From: a phage
DNA length: 64,000 bases
Reading direction: 5' to 3' (one strand)
Sequence record: OZ346189.1
The translations under genes and the position numbers were made by a program. The notes below the pieces were generated by a model. The model was not told the origin of the DNA, did no database searches, and worked only from the letters and a program-made list of their open reading frames with translations. Numbering within the stretch: position 1 is the stretch's first letter; each line of letters opens with the position of its first letter. Shown in pieces: positions 53,793-63,080 of the stretch.

Positions 53793-54776
53793 TTAGATTA
53801 TCTGAATCAGGGTATTTTTCATTTCTTCTCTGGTGCGGATGTTGTTACGGTCACGAACAACAGATCCACAACCTTCGCAGCGGTATGTTTTAAATGCACT
53901 CAGTTGAGTATACGCCAAAGCTTCTTCCTCGTGAAGGTGTTCTCCACCACAGCGTGGGCAACGAACTTTTGGCTCCTCATCCTGGTAGTACAATGACATG
54001 TTGGGGTGCTGCTTAGCAAACGGGCGAGCCAGCAAATACAGGCCTTCCAGAGATAGGATATCGCCAACATTGTACTCCCGCATCTGTTTAAACGCCTCAA
54101 GATCACCGTGAACACACTTGATCCACATTTCAAATGTGTGGTCAATCAGTTTCTGTCGGGCAAGTTGGAAGTATTTGCATGCATACTCCAAAGTGTTTGC
54201 ATTCAAACGGAATGCCTTCTTGATCATTTTAAGGGTGTCAACCTCTTTGTAGGGGCTTGTTGGAGGCAATCCGTGAAATGCAAATCGTTGGTTGGCCCAC
54301 CCACAGTCAAAACCTGAATTGTGGGCTACTGCGACATCACATTTATCCAGATAATACCACAAATCCTGAATCAATTCGAGATCATTGTGAATATCCTCAT
54401 CCCACATTTTGTAATCAGGAAGAGCGCAGTCAACCACACTAGGACTGTCTAACCACTTACCTGCGAAAGTTAGCATGTAGGGCATAATTTCAATACCGCA
54501 GGTTTGAATGTTGGTCTTATAGTGCCCAAAGAACCAGCCGTTTGTTGGAGATGTCTCTGTATCATACACCCAAACTTTAGCACCTTTGTGCTCTTCAAGG
54601 AAGCGCTCCGTTGCTTCTCCTACAATCTCTGACATATTCTCTTGTGCACGTTTAAGCTGTAGTCGGATCCAGCTCTCACGTGACTCACGGCCTAAAAATT
54701 CACGAGCAATTTGTCTATTAGTGTATCCCTGTTGCTTTAGTGTTAAAATTTGCTCAAGAGTTAACTTTGTCATCAT
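53793..54776 (-). CDS. DnaQ-like 3'-5' exonuclease with C-terminal zinc ribbon
   Basis: 327 aa; Exo I VWVYDTETSP, Exo III-like AVAHNSGFD; CPRCGG...CEGCG. Confidence 0.5.
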   Translation of the reverse strand: MMTKLTLEQILTLKQQGYTNRQIAREFLGRESRESWIRLQLKRAQENMSEIVGEATERFLEEHKGAKVWVYDTETSPTNGWFFGHYKTNIQTCGIEIMPYMLTFAGKWLDSPSVVDCALPDYKMWDEDIHNDLELIQDLWYYLDKCDVAVAHNSGFDCGWANQRFAFHGLPPTSPYKEVDTLKMIKKAFRLNANTLEYACKYFQLARQKLIDHTFEMWIKCVHGDLEAFKQMREYNVGDILSLEGLYLLARPFAKQHPNMSLYYQDEEPKVRCPRCGGEHLHEEEALAYTQLSAFKTYRCEGCGSVVRDRNNIRTREEMKNTLIQII

Positions 54777-54788
54777 CGTTAAGATTCC

Positions 54789-55010
54789 TTAGTAAAACTG
54801 AAGAATGTCTTTTAAAGCGAAGTCACGATATTCGCCCTTGTCTACATCGAAGGCACGCATCAACCACTGCTCTTCTTTATGATACTCTGTAGAGCCAAAC
54901 CATAAATTAGGCTCAGTAACGCAGCGATCTGCAACAACACCTTTCCAGTTACGGTATTTCATCCTGATCAGGACTGAGTCGCAAGGATTGAATACCTTTT
55001 TCATCCCCAT
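54789..55010 (-). CDS. hypothetical protein
   Basis: 73 aa; 5' end overlaps Endo VII-like gene, true start uncertain. Confidence 0.3.
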   Translation of the reverse strand: MGMKKVFNPCDSVLIRMKYRNWKGVVADRCVTEPNLWFGSTEYHKEEQWLMRAFDVDKGEYRDFALKDILQFY

Positions 55011-55554
55011 AGAAATCTCTCTCCTCAGTTTTCTTTATAAACTCCTGCATGTAGGACTCAATAGCCTCATGCTTGGTGCACTCTGGATTAATGACAAGAT
55101 TGAGATCTGATTCTGCTCGTGCAATGATCGTAGCTTTAGAGCATCTCCTCAAGAACTTTGTCATATCATCTCTGTAGTTTTTGTGGAGCGGGAAGTCGCT
55201 GTAGTCTTTCTCCAAATAGTCAGCCATCCGGCGCAACGCCTCTGATAAACTGCAATCTGTATACTCGTTACAGTATTTCATCCAGTATTTAAGCACATAC
55301 CCCTCAAAGGTATTAGTGCATTGTGACAAAACACCCCTGCAACGACCAGTCAGATGGTCATGATCCAAACAAGGCTTACGAAGTGGCTCGCACAAGATCG
55401 GATCAAGACCATCCTGCTCCTCTGACAATTCTTTTCGAAAGTTGGCTATGTCCTTAGAATCTTTTAGCCACCCGCTATGAACGGGGGCTTTGACAGCTTT
55501 CTTTCTTATTTTACGCTTTGCGATAACCCCTCCAGATGCGCCCTGCCTATCCAA
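54949..55554 (-). CDS. endonuclease VII-like junction-resolving nuclease
   Basis: 201 aa; CLDHDHLTGRCRGVLSQCTNTFEG resembles the T4 endo VII catalytic/Zn region (..DHDH..G..RG.LC..CN...G). Confidence 0.55.
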   Translation of the reverse strand: MDRQGASGGVIAKRKIRKKAVKAPVHSGWLKDSKDIANFRKELSEEQDGLDPILCEPLRKPCLDHDHLTGRCRGVLSQCTNTFEGYVLKYWMKYCNEYTDCSLSEALRRMADYLEKDYSDFPLHKNYRDDMTKFLRRCSKATIIARAESDLNLVINPECTKHEAIESYMQEFIKKTEERDFYGDEKGIQSLRLSPDQDEIP

Positions 55555-56135
55555 TAAGCATCGGCGAGATCGGCCTTACCTTGTACCAAATTGATCCCAT
55601 CTAGGAACCCAGGTTCAGATACTTCGCAGGCCTTAACCATCAACTTTTTATCCATCGTAACAGGTTTCTTCACAGTATGCTCTTTACCTGTCTTTTTGTC
55701 AAGCTTTTTCTTCTCCTCAAAAGCAAGTTCCTCAGGAAGATGACTACGAGCAAACTTTTTGGCAGTTGTTGGTGTCACGGTGTGGACCTTAAACAGGCCG
55801 TCATTTTCACAATCAGCTAAAGCATCCCAAAGCATAACTTCAAGACCGTAAAACAACCCAGCCAGTTCGCGTGTGGCATCCCCGCGTGATCCAAAGGAAA
55901 GCCCTTCCATAACCACGGTGTCAACGCCGTGCGTGTGGATGTAATATCTGACCTGTTTGCAGATCCAGTCAATACGCTCAGCAGCTGTTGCAAAAGAAAC
56001 CGTCCCTGGTTTCTTCTCTTTTGCAGATGAGCTTTGAGTTCGTAACACAACCTTATGAACAGGCTTTCCATCGTCCCATACAACGCAAGCTGTGTGTGTC
56101 AACGACTGGTCTATGGATAATAGACGCTCTCTCAT
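55506..56135 (-). CDS. RuvC-like Holliday junction resolvase
   Basis: 209 aa; LSIDQS (Asp in strand 1), VVMEGLSFGS (Glu), DAYWIGRAHL (Asp), RNase-H-fold resolvase pattern. Confidence 0.5.
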   Translation of the reverse strand: MRERLLSIDQSLTHTACVVWDDGKPVHKVVLRTQSSSAKEKKPGTVSFATAAERIDWICKQVRYYIHTHGVDTVVMEGLSFGSRGDATRELAGLFYGLEVMLWDALADCENDGLFKVHTVTPTTAKKFARSHLPEELAFEEKKKLDKKTGKEHTVKKPVTMDKKLMVKACEVSEPGFLDGINLVQGKADLADAYWIGRAHLEGLSQSVK

Positions 56136-56464
56136 GCTTCCTCGTCCTCCTCTCCTTCATCAGGAGCATAAGCCTTATCTTTGAACAAGACGAGAGAGCA
56201 AAGCTTAACATCTGTTTCCACACTGGTGAACATGCATAACCGCTCGCCCTCAATCAGCTCACAATCCTCTTTTAAAACAGCAGACCATACACGGTCATCT
56301 GCGTAATCATCCGTGTACAGGATGTATGAAATGGTGTCATCTTCATACAACCGCCACATACCTGTGGCAACAACGAATGTATTTTTTGTTTTAAGTGTCC
56401 CTGTTGTGTGATCATCCTCAAAAACAGCTTCCATAATTGCGTTATCTACAGCATTTTTAGTCAT
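56132..56464 (-). CDS. acidic hypothetical protein
   Basis: 110 aa; poly-Glu C-terminus. Confidence 0.4.
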   Translation of the reverse strand: MTKNAVDNAIMEAVFEDDHTTGTLKTKNTFVVATGMWRLYEDDTISYILYTDDYADDRVWSAVLKEDCELIEGERLCMFTSVETDVKLCSLVLFKDKAYAPDEGEEDEEA

Positions 56465-57603
56465 CAGATTGCTCCAACATTTCTAAGAACGTTAACAAGT
56501 TTTGTCTGGTCATTAAATGTCCGCTTCATATACAAACAGTCAAAAATTATACTCATCCATTGACCTACGGAAATTCTACGATCAATACCATTGAAGTCAG
56601 TATACTTAACAACACCTTTCGGGAACCACTTCTTGTACTGATCAATAATAGCCACCCACATCTCCTTTGGAGTGCTGCACTGAGACAGTAGGTAGAATGC
56701 TGAGGCATCCCCGAACTTACCCTTACCGATAAGTCCTTGATACGGCTTGATGTTGTCAGCAGAGTCACCACACAGCATTTGGTATCCGAAGAACAGCATC
56801 CCGTAACCGCCAACCTCTCCATTAGGCTTCATGAAGATGTTCCCCATACCGTTATCGATCAGCATAGGGGTTTCCCTTACAAAATCTCCCTTATCGTTTC
56901 GCATGGGATCGAACACAAGCCCCGGTAGTGTTCTTTGGTCCTTATCAATAGAGATAATAAACTTGTTGAACTTACCTGTTTTTTGGTAGTGGTTCCAACC
57001 TTCAAATTGCTGGATAGCTAACCAGTCGTCAGCCTCGATACCGTTGATCACTTGAGCATTATACTGCTTTTGGAGATACTGTCTTGCATCTCCAAGCAGC
57101 AGTGGTCTAAGAGTATTGTTACGGTTGGCTTTATATCTTTCCGGCATGGGAAGATCTAGTCTGAAATTACCTGTGCCTCCAAGTACCCCCACGCACCGAT
57201 CTTCCGGAATACCGAGATAATTAAGGACTGCATTAGCTTTACACTTAATTGTGTGCAAGCAGTTCTCTACAGGATCAGGGGTTTGGATATCCAAGACATC
57301 GAAATCTTCTCGTGTCCACGGAATAAACTCCTTGCCAGCCTTTTTACATGCAGCTTCACGGTTGGTATTCTCAGCTTTTAACCAACCACCAACGGTGTTC
57401 TTCTGCCGCCCCCAGAACTCTGTTCGTGTTTTAAACATCTTCTTACGTCCGGAGGCTTTGTGTGTTACCTCAATTGTCCTTTTTTCACAACTTGCTGCAG
57501 CTTGATATGCAACCTGATCGAAGTCATAATAAACTATAGCGTCAGGTTCAAGAAGATCAGCTAGACAATCTATGGACTCAATAAGTGGATATTCTCTACT
57601 CAA
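56464..57603 (-). CDS. FEN-like 5'-3' exonuclease (tentative)
   Basis: 379 aa; NGIEADDWLA and CGDSADNIKPYQGLIGKG resemble the acidic metal-binding segments of flap endonucleases. Confidence 0.4.
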   Translation of the reverse strand: MSREYPLIESIDCLADLLEPDAIVYYDFDQVAYQAAASCEKRTIEVTHKASGRKKMFKTRTEFWGRQKNTVGGWLKAENTNREAACKKAGKEFIPWTREDFDVLDIQTPDPVENCLHTIKCKANAVLNYLGIPEDRCVGVLGGTGNFRLDLPMPERYKANRNNTLRPLLLGDARQYLQKQYNAQVINGIEADDWLAIQQFEGWNHYQKTGKFNKFIISIDKDQRTLPGLVFDPMRNDKGDFVRETPMLIDNGMGNIFMKPNGEVGGYGMLFFGYQMLCGDSADNIKPYQGLIGKGKFGDASAFYLLSQCSTPKEMWVAIIDQYKKWFPKGVVKYTDFNGIDRRISVGQWMSIIFDCLYMKRTFNDQTKLVNVLRNVGAI

Positions 57604-57904
57604 AGACCCTCCTGTTAGTTATTCTGCAAGATGGTTGGATGCTGTAATGAAATGCATCATCACTCTCTGCAATAAGTGACTCAACATCCCAATACTTTTC
57701 AAAAAGGAACGGATTAGACCCCCAGTGGTGGGTTATTTTCATCAATGAGTCTGGTAGCAGATAGCCACAGATCTTAATTACATCACCAGGTTGAATTGTG
57801 TTTTCATAGAGGTTGCTTTCCTTCTTCAGAATAATACCTTTATGATTCTCGTTTGCATACAACTGGACAATATCTTTATCTTCAACAATAAAAATTTTAA
57901 GCAT
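57596..57904 (-). CDS. hypothetical protein
   Basis: 102 aa. Confidence 0.4.
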   Translation of the reverse strand: MLKIFIVEDKDIVQLYANENHKGIILKKESNLYENTIQPGDVIKICGYLLPDSLMKITHHWGSNPFLFEKYWDVESLIAESDDAFHYSIQPSCRITNRRVFE

Positions 57905-57963
57905 GTCTAGTTCTCCTAGTTTATAAATATCTGACTGATAATATCAGATTAATAACACTTTTG

Positions 57964-58260
57964 TCAAGACTTTTTAGTCTTTCTTGGAGAGCTTTTTGTT
58001 GATCTTTTCCTTTTGTGGTAGATTCCAAGTGCAGCGTTTTCTTGGGCGCACGTTTTAACAGTTCTCAGAGAAGAACTTTCAGCTTTAGGCAGGTTTAACT
58101 CCCACCAACCGAGCCAGTAAAGTTCTGATTCCGACAGCTGCTCAGATTCAGCCTTCCGATACAATGATTGCATACCTCTAATGATGTCGTCCAGAGGTGT
58201 ATCGAATACAAAAGCTGTCTTATCAAATTTCTCTTTTACAGGTTTCTTAGCCATGCTCAC
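57964..58260 (-). CDS. hypothetical protein with basic C-terminus
   Basis: 98 aa; C-terminal KRKRSTKSSPRKTKKS. Confidence 0.4.
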   Translation of the reverse strand: MSMAKKPVKEKFDKTAFVFDTPLDDIIRGMQSLYRKAESEQLSESELYWLGWWELNLPKAESSSLRTVKTCAQENAALGIYHKRKRSTKSSPRKTKKS

Positions 58261-59131
58261 CTCTCACACAATCATCCACTGACTTCATAAACTCTTGCAC
58301 CCAAAGTGCCCCTATTTGAGGAACTATGGCGTTACCGAAGCCTTTGTGGCGAGACAATCCCATTGGGGTGGATAGCCCATCAACCAACAAGGGAATGCCG
58401 GGTTCAGGAAGTTTACGCCATTTTCCGTCTCGGCATAGATACTGTCTTGTATGCTCCCACACCCGTAATACATCCTCACCTGCTCCCACAGATTCCCAGG
58501 ACTTAATGACTTCCTGCCAGTTGCTAAGCGTTGTTGCTTGCGCCTTTCCATCGCTTCCTGAGATCTGCACCCTACCTGAGTTACCGTAGGGGTTAACCAC
58601 GTTGCTAACTGCCCCGAAGTAAAGTCGTTCGCGGCGGTGCGGGGCGTTGAGGATTGCAGCATTAAGTATGGAAGCCCCGAAGCTGTAACCAGCGTTTTCC
58701 ATTTCATTCTGCATATCGTCGAGCCATCCGGATTCAATCGCTTTTGCAACCTGCTCTCCAAACATGAACTCAGGTTTAAGCTGTTTAACGAGCCGGAGGT
58801 ATGTTGGTGCAAGATGTCTTGGGTCAAATTTTCCACGTTGCTTACCTGCTTGAGAGAAAGGTTGGCAGCACGGAGATCCTGTGCATACCGACCAAGTTTC
58901 TGGAATGCCAGCAAGTTTCAAGGCCAAAGGCCATCCACCTATACCAGCGAAGAAGTGCCACTGTGTGAAACCTCTAAGATCTTCTACAGTAACCTCTGTA
59001 ATAGAACGATCATCCACCTCGCCTTGAGGAAGTAGTCCTAAAGATATTAGATTCTTCAACCAAGCAACTGCATCTTTATCATTGTCATTGTAGTATACCA
59101 CACTTAATTCTCCAAATACTGATGTATCCAA
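58247..59131 (-). CDS. DNA C5-cytosine methyltransferase
   Basis: 294 aa; motif I FFAGIGGW, motif IV GSPCCQPFSQAGK (PCQ), RRERLYFGAV, motif X GNAIVPQ. Confidence 0.7.
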   Translation of the reverse strand: MDTSVFGELSVVYYNDNDKDAVAWLKNLISLGLLPQGEVDDRSITEVTVEDLRGFTQWHFFAGIGGWPLALKLAGIPETWSVCTGSPCCQPFSQAGKQRGKFDPRHLAPTYLRLVKQLKPEFMFGEQVAKAIESGWLDDMQNEMENAGYSFGASILNAAILNAPHRRERLYFGAVSNVVNPYGNSGRVQISGSDGKAQATTLSNWQEVIKSWESVGAGEDVLRVWEHTRQYLCRDGKWRKLPEPGIPLLVDGLSTPMGLSRHKGFGNAIVPQIGALWVQEFMKSVDDCVRGEHG

Positions 59132-59619
59132 GAAAAGTCAGTCTTCCATTCCGGAACCTTGCTAAGCTCCCGCCACTCTGCAAAGCAGTCTCGATAATAA
59201 GCCTCTGCCATGCCCTTGGTGATCTTATTCACCTTAGCCAACTGATTAACTGCCTGAGCATACTTTCCACGGATATTTGCTAACCCAGGGTGCACCGATG
59301 TGTGACAATCCGGGCACAACGCTATCAGTCCGACAAGACGGATCACTCCATCTTCGAAAGTGTAAAGTTCATGACACTCCACTGGGTGTTTGCTGCCCTT
59401 ACCGCCGCACACCTCACAAGTGTAGTTGGCTTCTCTGTAGCACTTCTTACGGATCTTATCCCACTCACTCTTCTTCACAGCGTTTCGGAGGTTATTATAC
59501 CAAGCTGTTTCTGGGATCAGTTGCACAATAAGCCTGCGTTCAGACTTCATTAAACGTCCGTCTTCCACGTGTTCTCCCTCATTCAAAGAAATGGGTGCGA
59601 GGGCAGGAACCTGCCTCAC
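59104..59619 (-). CDS. HNH-like zinc-binding nuclease (tentative)
   Basis: 171 aa; CEVCGG...HPVECHE...LCPDCHTSVH. Confidence 0.35.
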   Translation of the reverse strand: MRQVPALAPISLNEGEHVEDGRLMKSERRLIVQLIPETAWYNNLRNAVKKSEWDKIRKKCYREANYTCEVCGGKGSKHPVECHELYTFEDGVIRLVGLIALCPDCHTSVHPGLANIRGKYAQAVNQLAKVNKITKGMAEAYYRDCFAEWRELSKVPEWKTDFSWIHQYLEN

Positions 59620-59785
59620 CTTGTTTCACAAGCTCGTAGAGCTCACCTTGGCCTGTCTCATAAAGGCAAATACGTTTACCATTGTCCCGATATACATCGA
59701 CAAGATACGCTGTTTCACCTGCAAACACGACACCACAGGCCAGACATGCTGTCATGAACAAAATTGCCAACAGAAAATCTTTCAT
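59579..59785 (-). CDS. small signal-peptide/lipoprotein-like protein
   Basis: 68 aa; hydrophobic N-terminus LLAILFMTACLACG with Cys at 14/17; overlaps 59104-59619 in another frame. Confidence 0.35.
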   Translation of the reverse strand: MKDFLLAILFMTACLACGVVFAGETAYLVDVYRDNGKRICLYETGQGELYELVKQGEAGSCPRTHFFE

Positions 59786-59848
59786 GGTTAAACCCTCCTA
59801 AACATTTTATGAGGTAACAATACCACGTCCGTGTGGTTATGTCAATGA

Positions 59849-60319
59849 TCAATCCAGGACAACGCCACCTGCTTTTTTAAACACATCGATCAACTTCTCG
59901 ATCTTCTGTTCATGCTGACCATATCCAGCACCAGGTAGCGAAGCCCAGCGGGAACGGCATTTGTGGATAGCTTCGTGGATACGCCCTTCGTCAATGTCAG
60001 CGAGAGCCTTGCACTCACGGATCAGTTGCAACGCAATCTTGTCCTGACTGGCAGGGCCAAAATCTGGTAATCCTAGCTGCTTCATATAGTGTTTAGCGAA
60101 CTTCTCCAAAACCTGGTAACGCCCAGCAGCGGAGGAGGTAAGTTTAGCATTTAGCTTAACGTAAACACCGGGATGCTTGCTGTAATCGCTGAACAGCTTG
60201 CCACCGACTATGACATCGTATCCACGATCCTTGGTAGGTTGTCTACCATTATCTGTGCCTTCCGAATATGCGATCATATCCAAGAAAGCTTTTCGTTGAA
60301 CATTTTTATCAAGTTTCAT
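59849..60319 (-). CDS. endolysin, lambda R-type lytic transglycosylase
   Basis: 156 aa; QRKAFLDMIAYSEGTDNGRQ...GYDVIVGG.LF.DYS.HP...AGRYQ....W.SLPGAGYGQ.E matches lambda R almost throughout. Confidence 0.85.
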   Translation of the reverse strand: MKLDKNVQRKAFLDMIAYSEGTDNGRQPTKDRGYDVIVGGKLFSDYSKHPGVYVKLNAKLTSSAAGRYQVLEKFAKHYMKQLGLPDFGPASQDKIALQLIRECKALADIDEGRIHEAIHKCRSRWASLPGAGYGQHEQKIEKLIDVFKKAGGVVLD

Positions 60320-60443
60320 TTTTCATACTCTCCAGTTTACTCATAACTAACCCGATCAACAACACTGCATAGTGTGGTTATGTAGGTGCCAATTGAAAAA
60401 CCATCATTCAATTGACTACCGTTGCCTACTAAACCTTCCTACA

Positions 60444-61727
60444 TCATTCCAGCACCTCCCAAGTGTCTGGGTTAACATTCCGGACGCAGATACCGACAGG
60501 GAATTGGTAGTTGTTGTCTTCTGTCCTTGCTTGATATTTGAAGGTGACAAACTTGCCGATCATTTCCTGCATTCTGTCATAGCTACGCTCCTCGTGCGTA
60601 CCTTTCATCTTCATTTTAACAACAACACCTTCCTTGTCAACACAGATAAGAACACCTTCATCATTCTTATCTTTCTCAACGTCAATAACTTTCACCTCTG
60701 CGTCGTTGAACTTTTTCCATTTCAATGCTTCAGATGTTCGCTGACCATACTCATATTTACCGCAGAAATTACGCATGATAGTACCTTCATATCCTTCGGA
60801 CATGAATATACCAACAGATTCTTCGCAATGATCAACTGTGTACGCAAGCTCTGCGTCAACAACCTTGATATGATCAAGCATCAGAGTGGTAACGGTATCC
60901 TCTGCATCCATAAGATCCTTGCAGCGTCCAGACTCTGTTTCTGGATCCCACCACACCTTGTCGCTAGGAATATCAAAAATGTGATACTCCAGATCGTAGC
61001 TACAGTATCCACCGTAACGCAAATCATCACGAACAGGCTCAACATCGACAGGAATATCTACCTTGTTGAAGTTTTTGTATGTTGATAAGCCTGCCTTAAT
61101 TGCTGCATGACGGCGTTTTTTATCTGCCTCATAGTCTTTATCGATCTCGGCCTGAATCTCTTCCTGTGTGCGCCACCGTTTAGCAAGAGACACTATTTTC
61201 TGCAAAGGAAGACCATGAATGTATAGTTCCCCATCAAGTTGTTTAATCCCAGTGGTAGAATGGAAAGAACGAAGTTGCTCTAAAAGCTTTCCTTGAATAG
61301 GGTAGGACTTATTACCACGGGAAATAAATTTAGGCTCACCATTTTGGAAAACAACAAGCAGACGAAGGCCATCTAACTTACGCAAGATCCAGCAAGGTAA
61401 TTTAAGTGCCTTGCCACGCTTCAGGTAGTCATGCACCAGCATAGGTAAAAGATCAACACCCTGCTCGCAATCTTCCATGTTTTCAACATACCCCAGACGG
61501 ACTTGTTTTTCCCACTTGCTGATAGCCTCAAGCTCGGCCTGTTGCTCAGCTGTAGTCTCGTTGGCACGACCTACGTTTTTAGGTGTGCATACCGTCTCTT
61601 TGTACTGCAATTTACCGTCAAGCTTGCCAAACTCTACGATAACCTTTTCGCCATCAGTGAATACTTTCCACTGTTGGTAGCTGCCATCTTTGTTCAGTGC
61701 GTACAGTGTTGTTTTGATTTGATGCAT
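60444..61727 (-). CDS. ATP-dependent DNA ligase
   Basis: 427 aa; adenylation motif I K-x-D-G-x-R (ILRKLDGLRLL). Confidence 0.6.
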   Translation of the reverse strand: MHQIKTTLYALNKDGSYQQWKVFTDGEKVIVEFGKLDGKLQYKETVCTPKNVGRANETTAEQQAELEAISKWEKQVRLGYVENMEDCEQGVDLLPMLVHDYLKRGKALKLPCWILRKLDGLRLLVVFQNGEPKFISRGNKSYPIQGKLLEQLRSFHSTTGIKQLDGELYIHGLPLQKIVSLAKRWRTQEEIQAEIDKDYEADKKRRHAAIKAGLSTYKNFNKVDIPVDVEPVRDDLRYGGYCSYDLEYHIFDIPSDKVWWDPETESGRCKDLMDAEDTVTTLMLDHIKVVDAELAYTVDHCEESVGIFMSEGYEGTIMRNFCGKYEYGQRTSEALKWKKFNDAEVKVIDVEKDKNDEGVLICVDKEGVVVKMKMKGTHEERSYDRMQEMIGKFVTFKYQARTEDNNYQFPVGICVRNVNPDTWEVLE

Positions 61728-61996
61728 TACTCGGCCTCTTCCTTAAAAATTTTAAACATCTCTTCTTTACTCATTACCAACCAGTCTCCCATAAAGTCAA
61801 CTAACCAATCTCCCTGGTACAAAACCAAGTTGCCAAACGGCTCAACAAGCTCACACATGCGACGAATATCTCTGGTCCGAACAGGTGACGATGTAAACAC
61901 ACCTGTATCAATCCACCGTTGCAGATCAGATACTGATGAAGAGCTTCCATCAAACTGGTGTGCTTCTACAGGTTTAGCAAGATTAAATAACGGCAT
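61727..61996 (-). CDS. hypothetical protein
   Basis: 89 aa. Confidence 0.4.
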   Translation of the reverse strand: MPLFNLAKPVEAHQFDGSSSSVSDLQRWIDTGVFTSSPVRTRDIRRMCELVEPFGNLVLYQGDWLVDFMGDWLVMSKEEMFKIFKEEAE

Positions 61997-62291
61997 TGCA
62001 GTCCTCCTTCTGTAGTAGGTCTTTTATAGGATAAACAAGTAAGTGTGGATCGGAATAACGTATAGTCCTATTCTGCCATACTATGAACTTTATTACAACC
62101 AAATTTACAATATCTTTATCACCATGTAGCCCAACACACACATTTGTCCATATTTTGTGGTTGAAGATCTTGCTATCGATGTAGATTTTAGTGTCAAACT
62201 TATCTTCCATTCTACCTATAAGTTTGATCAGCTCCTTCATCTGGTCGCCAAACACAGCATCTTTTTCAAGATCTCTGGAATGCTTGTACAT
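61983..62291 (-). CDS. hypothetical protein
   Basis: 102 aa. Confidence 0.4.
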   Translation of the reverse strand: MYKHSRDLEKDAVFGDQMKELIKLIGRMEDKFDTKIYIDSKIFNHKIWTNVCVGLHGDKDIVNLVVIKFIVWQNRTIRYSDPHLLVYPIKDLLQKEDCNAVI

Positions 62292-62353
62292 AACTAACTA
62301 CCTCACTGCATACTTTCCATAATAAGTAAAGCCGGGTAATCCCGGCTATGTTG

Positions 62354-63067
62354 TTAAATATACTCTGTTACATCCTTGAAGCTCGAAGGCTTCATAATCT
62401 TACCTTTACTGTCAAGGAATATAATAGCTTTATTACCGTTGTAGAACTCCTCTTTAGCAACGAAACCTTCGTAGCGACCACCAAAACGACGCTCAAGATC
62501 TTCAATCTCTAACTCTATGAGCAATTCAGTAGACATATCTGCACTGGCACCGTGAGAATATCGTAGATGGTTGATCCGTGCAAACTTGCTGTCATTAGAT
62601 TTGAGAACCTTCCGCATCATCCCACACACATCGCCGCGAAGCTGGAACAGCAAAGCTGTTGACAACTCCGCTAAGCGGTAAGCTGACGCTCTTTGCTTGG
62701 ATGTGTTTTTCGCAGCGATCAGTGTATCATAGAACTCACCGATCTTGAACTTAAGACCTCGTGGATTATCAAACAGGTTTGACCACTTTTCGTGATTATC
62801 ATTAACAAGATAAGCGGCATAACTTGTGACAACGTGAAGATCGCAGGCCTCTTTTAGCAGGTGATCTCCACCATCACCTTTCTCCAGCTCTTCCAAAACC
62901 TCATTGAACTCTTCCTCAATGAAGCTAAGCTGTAATTCGAATGGTGTGTATGATTTTTTCACTTTAGCTGCCACACGGTTCCAGTTTTCCACCCAGTTGG
63001 CAGACCAAAGGTAGTTTTCAGGCTGAGACAGTTTTTCCAGGTTGTCGATCAGTTTAGTATTCAGCAT
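62354..63067 (-). CDS. MazG-like nucleotide pyrophosphohydrolase (tentative)
   Basis: 237 aa; EE..E..E...D helix pair FIEEEFNEVLEELEKGDGGDHLLKEACDL typical of all-alpha NTP-PPases. Confidence 0.4.
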   Translation of the reverse strand: MLNTKLIDNLEKLSQPENYLWSANWVENWNRVAAKVKKSYTPFELQLSFIEEEFNEVLEELEKGDGGDHLLKEACDLHVVTSYAAYLVNDNHEKWSNLFDNPRGLKFKIGEFYDTLIAAKNTSKQRASAYRLAELSTALLFQLRGDVCGMMRKVLKSNDSKFARINHLRYSHGASADMSTELLIELEIEDLERRFGGRYEGFVAKEEFYNGNKAIIFLDSKGKIMKPSSFKDVTEYI

Positions 63068-63080
63068 TGAAGGTCTCCTT

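Noticed and set aside
58324-58914. 196-aa ORF in alternative frame within the C5-MTase gene
   Set aside because: Same strand, different frame, inside a CDS with clear MTase motifs; no independent signals
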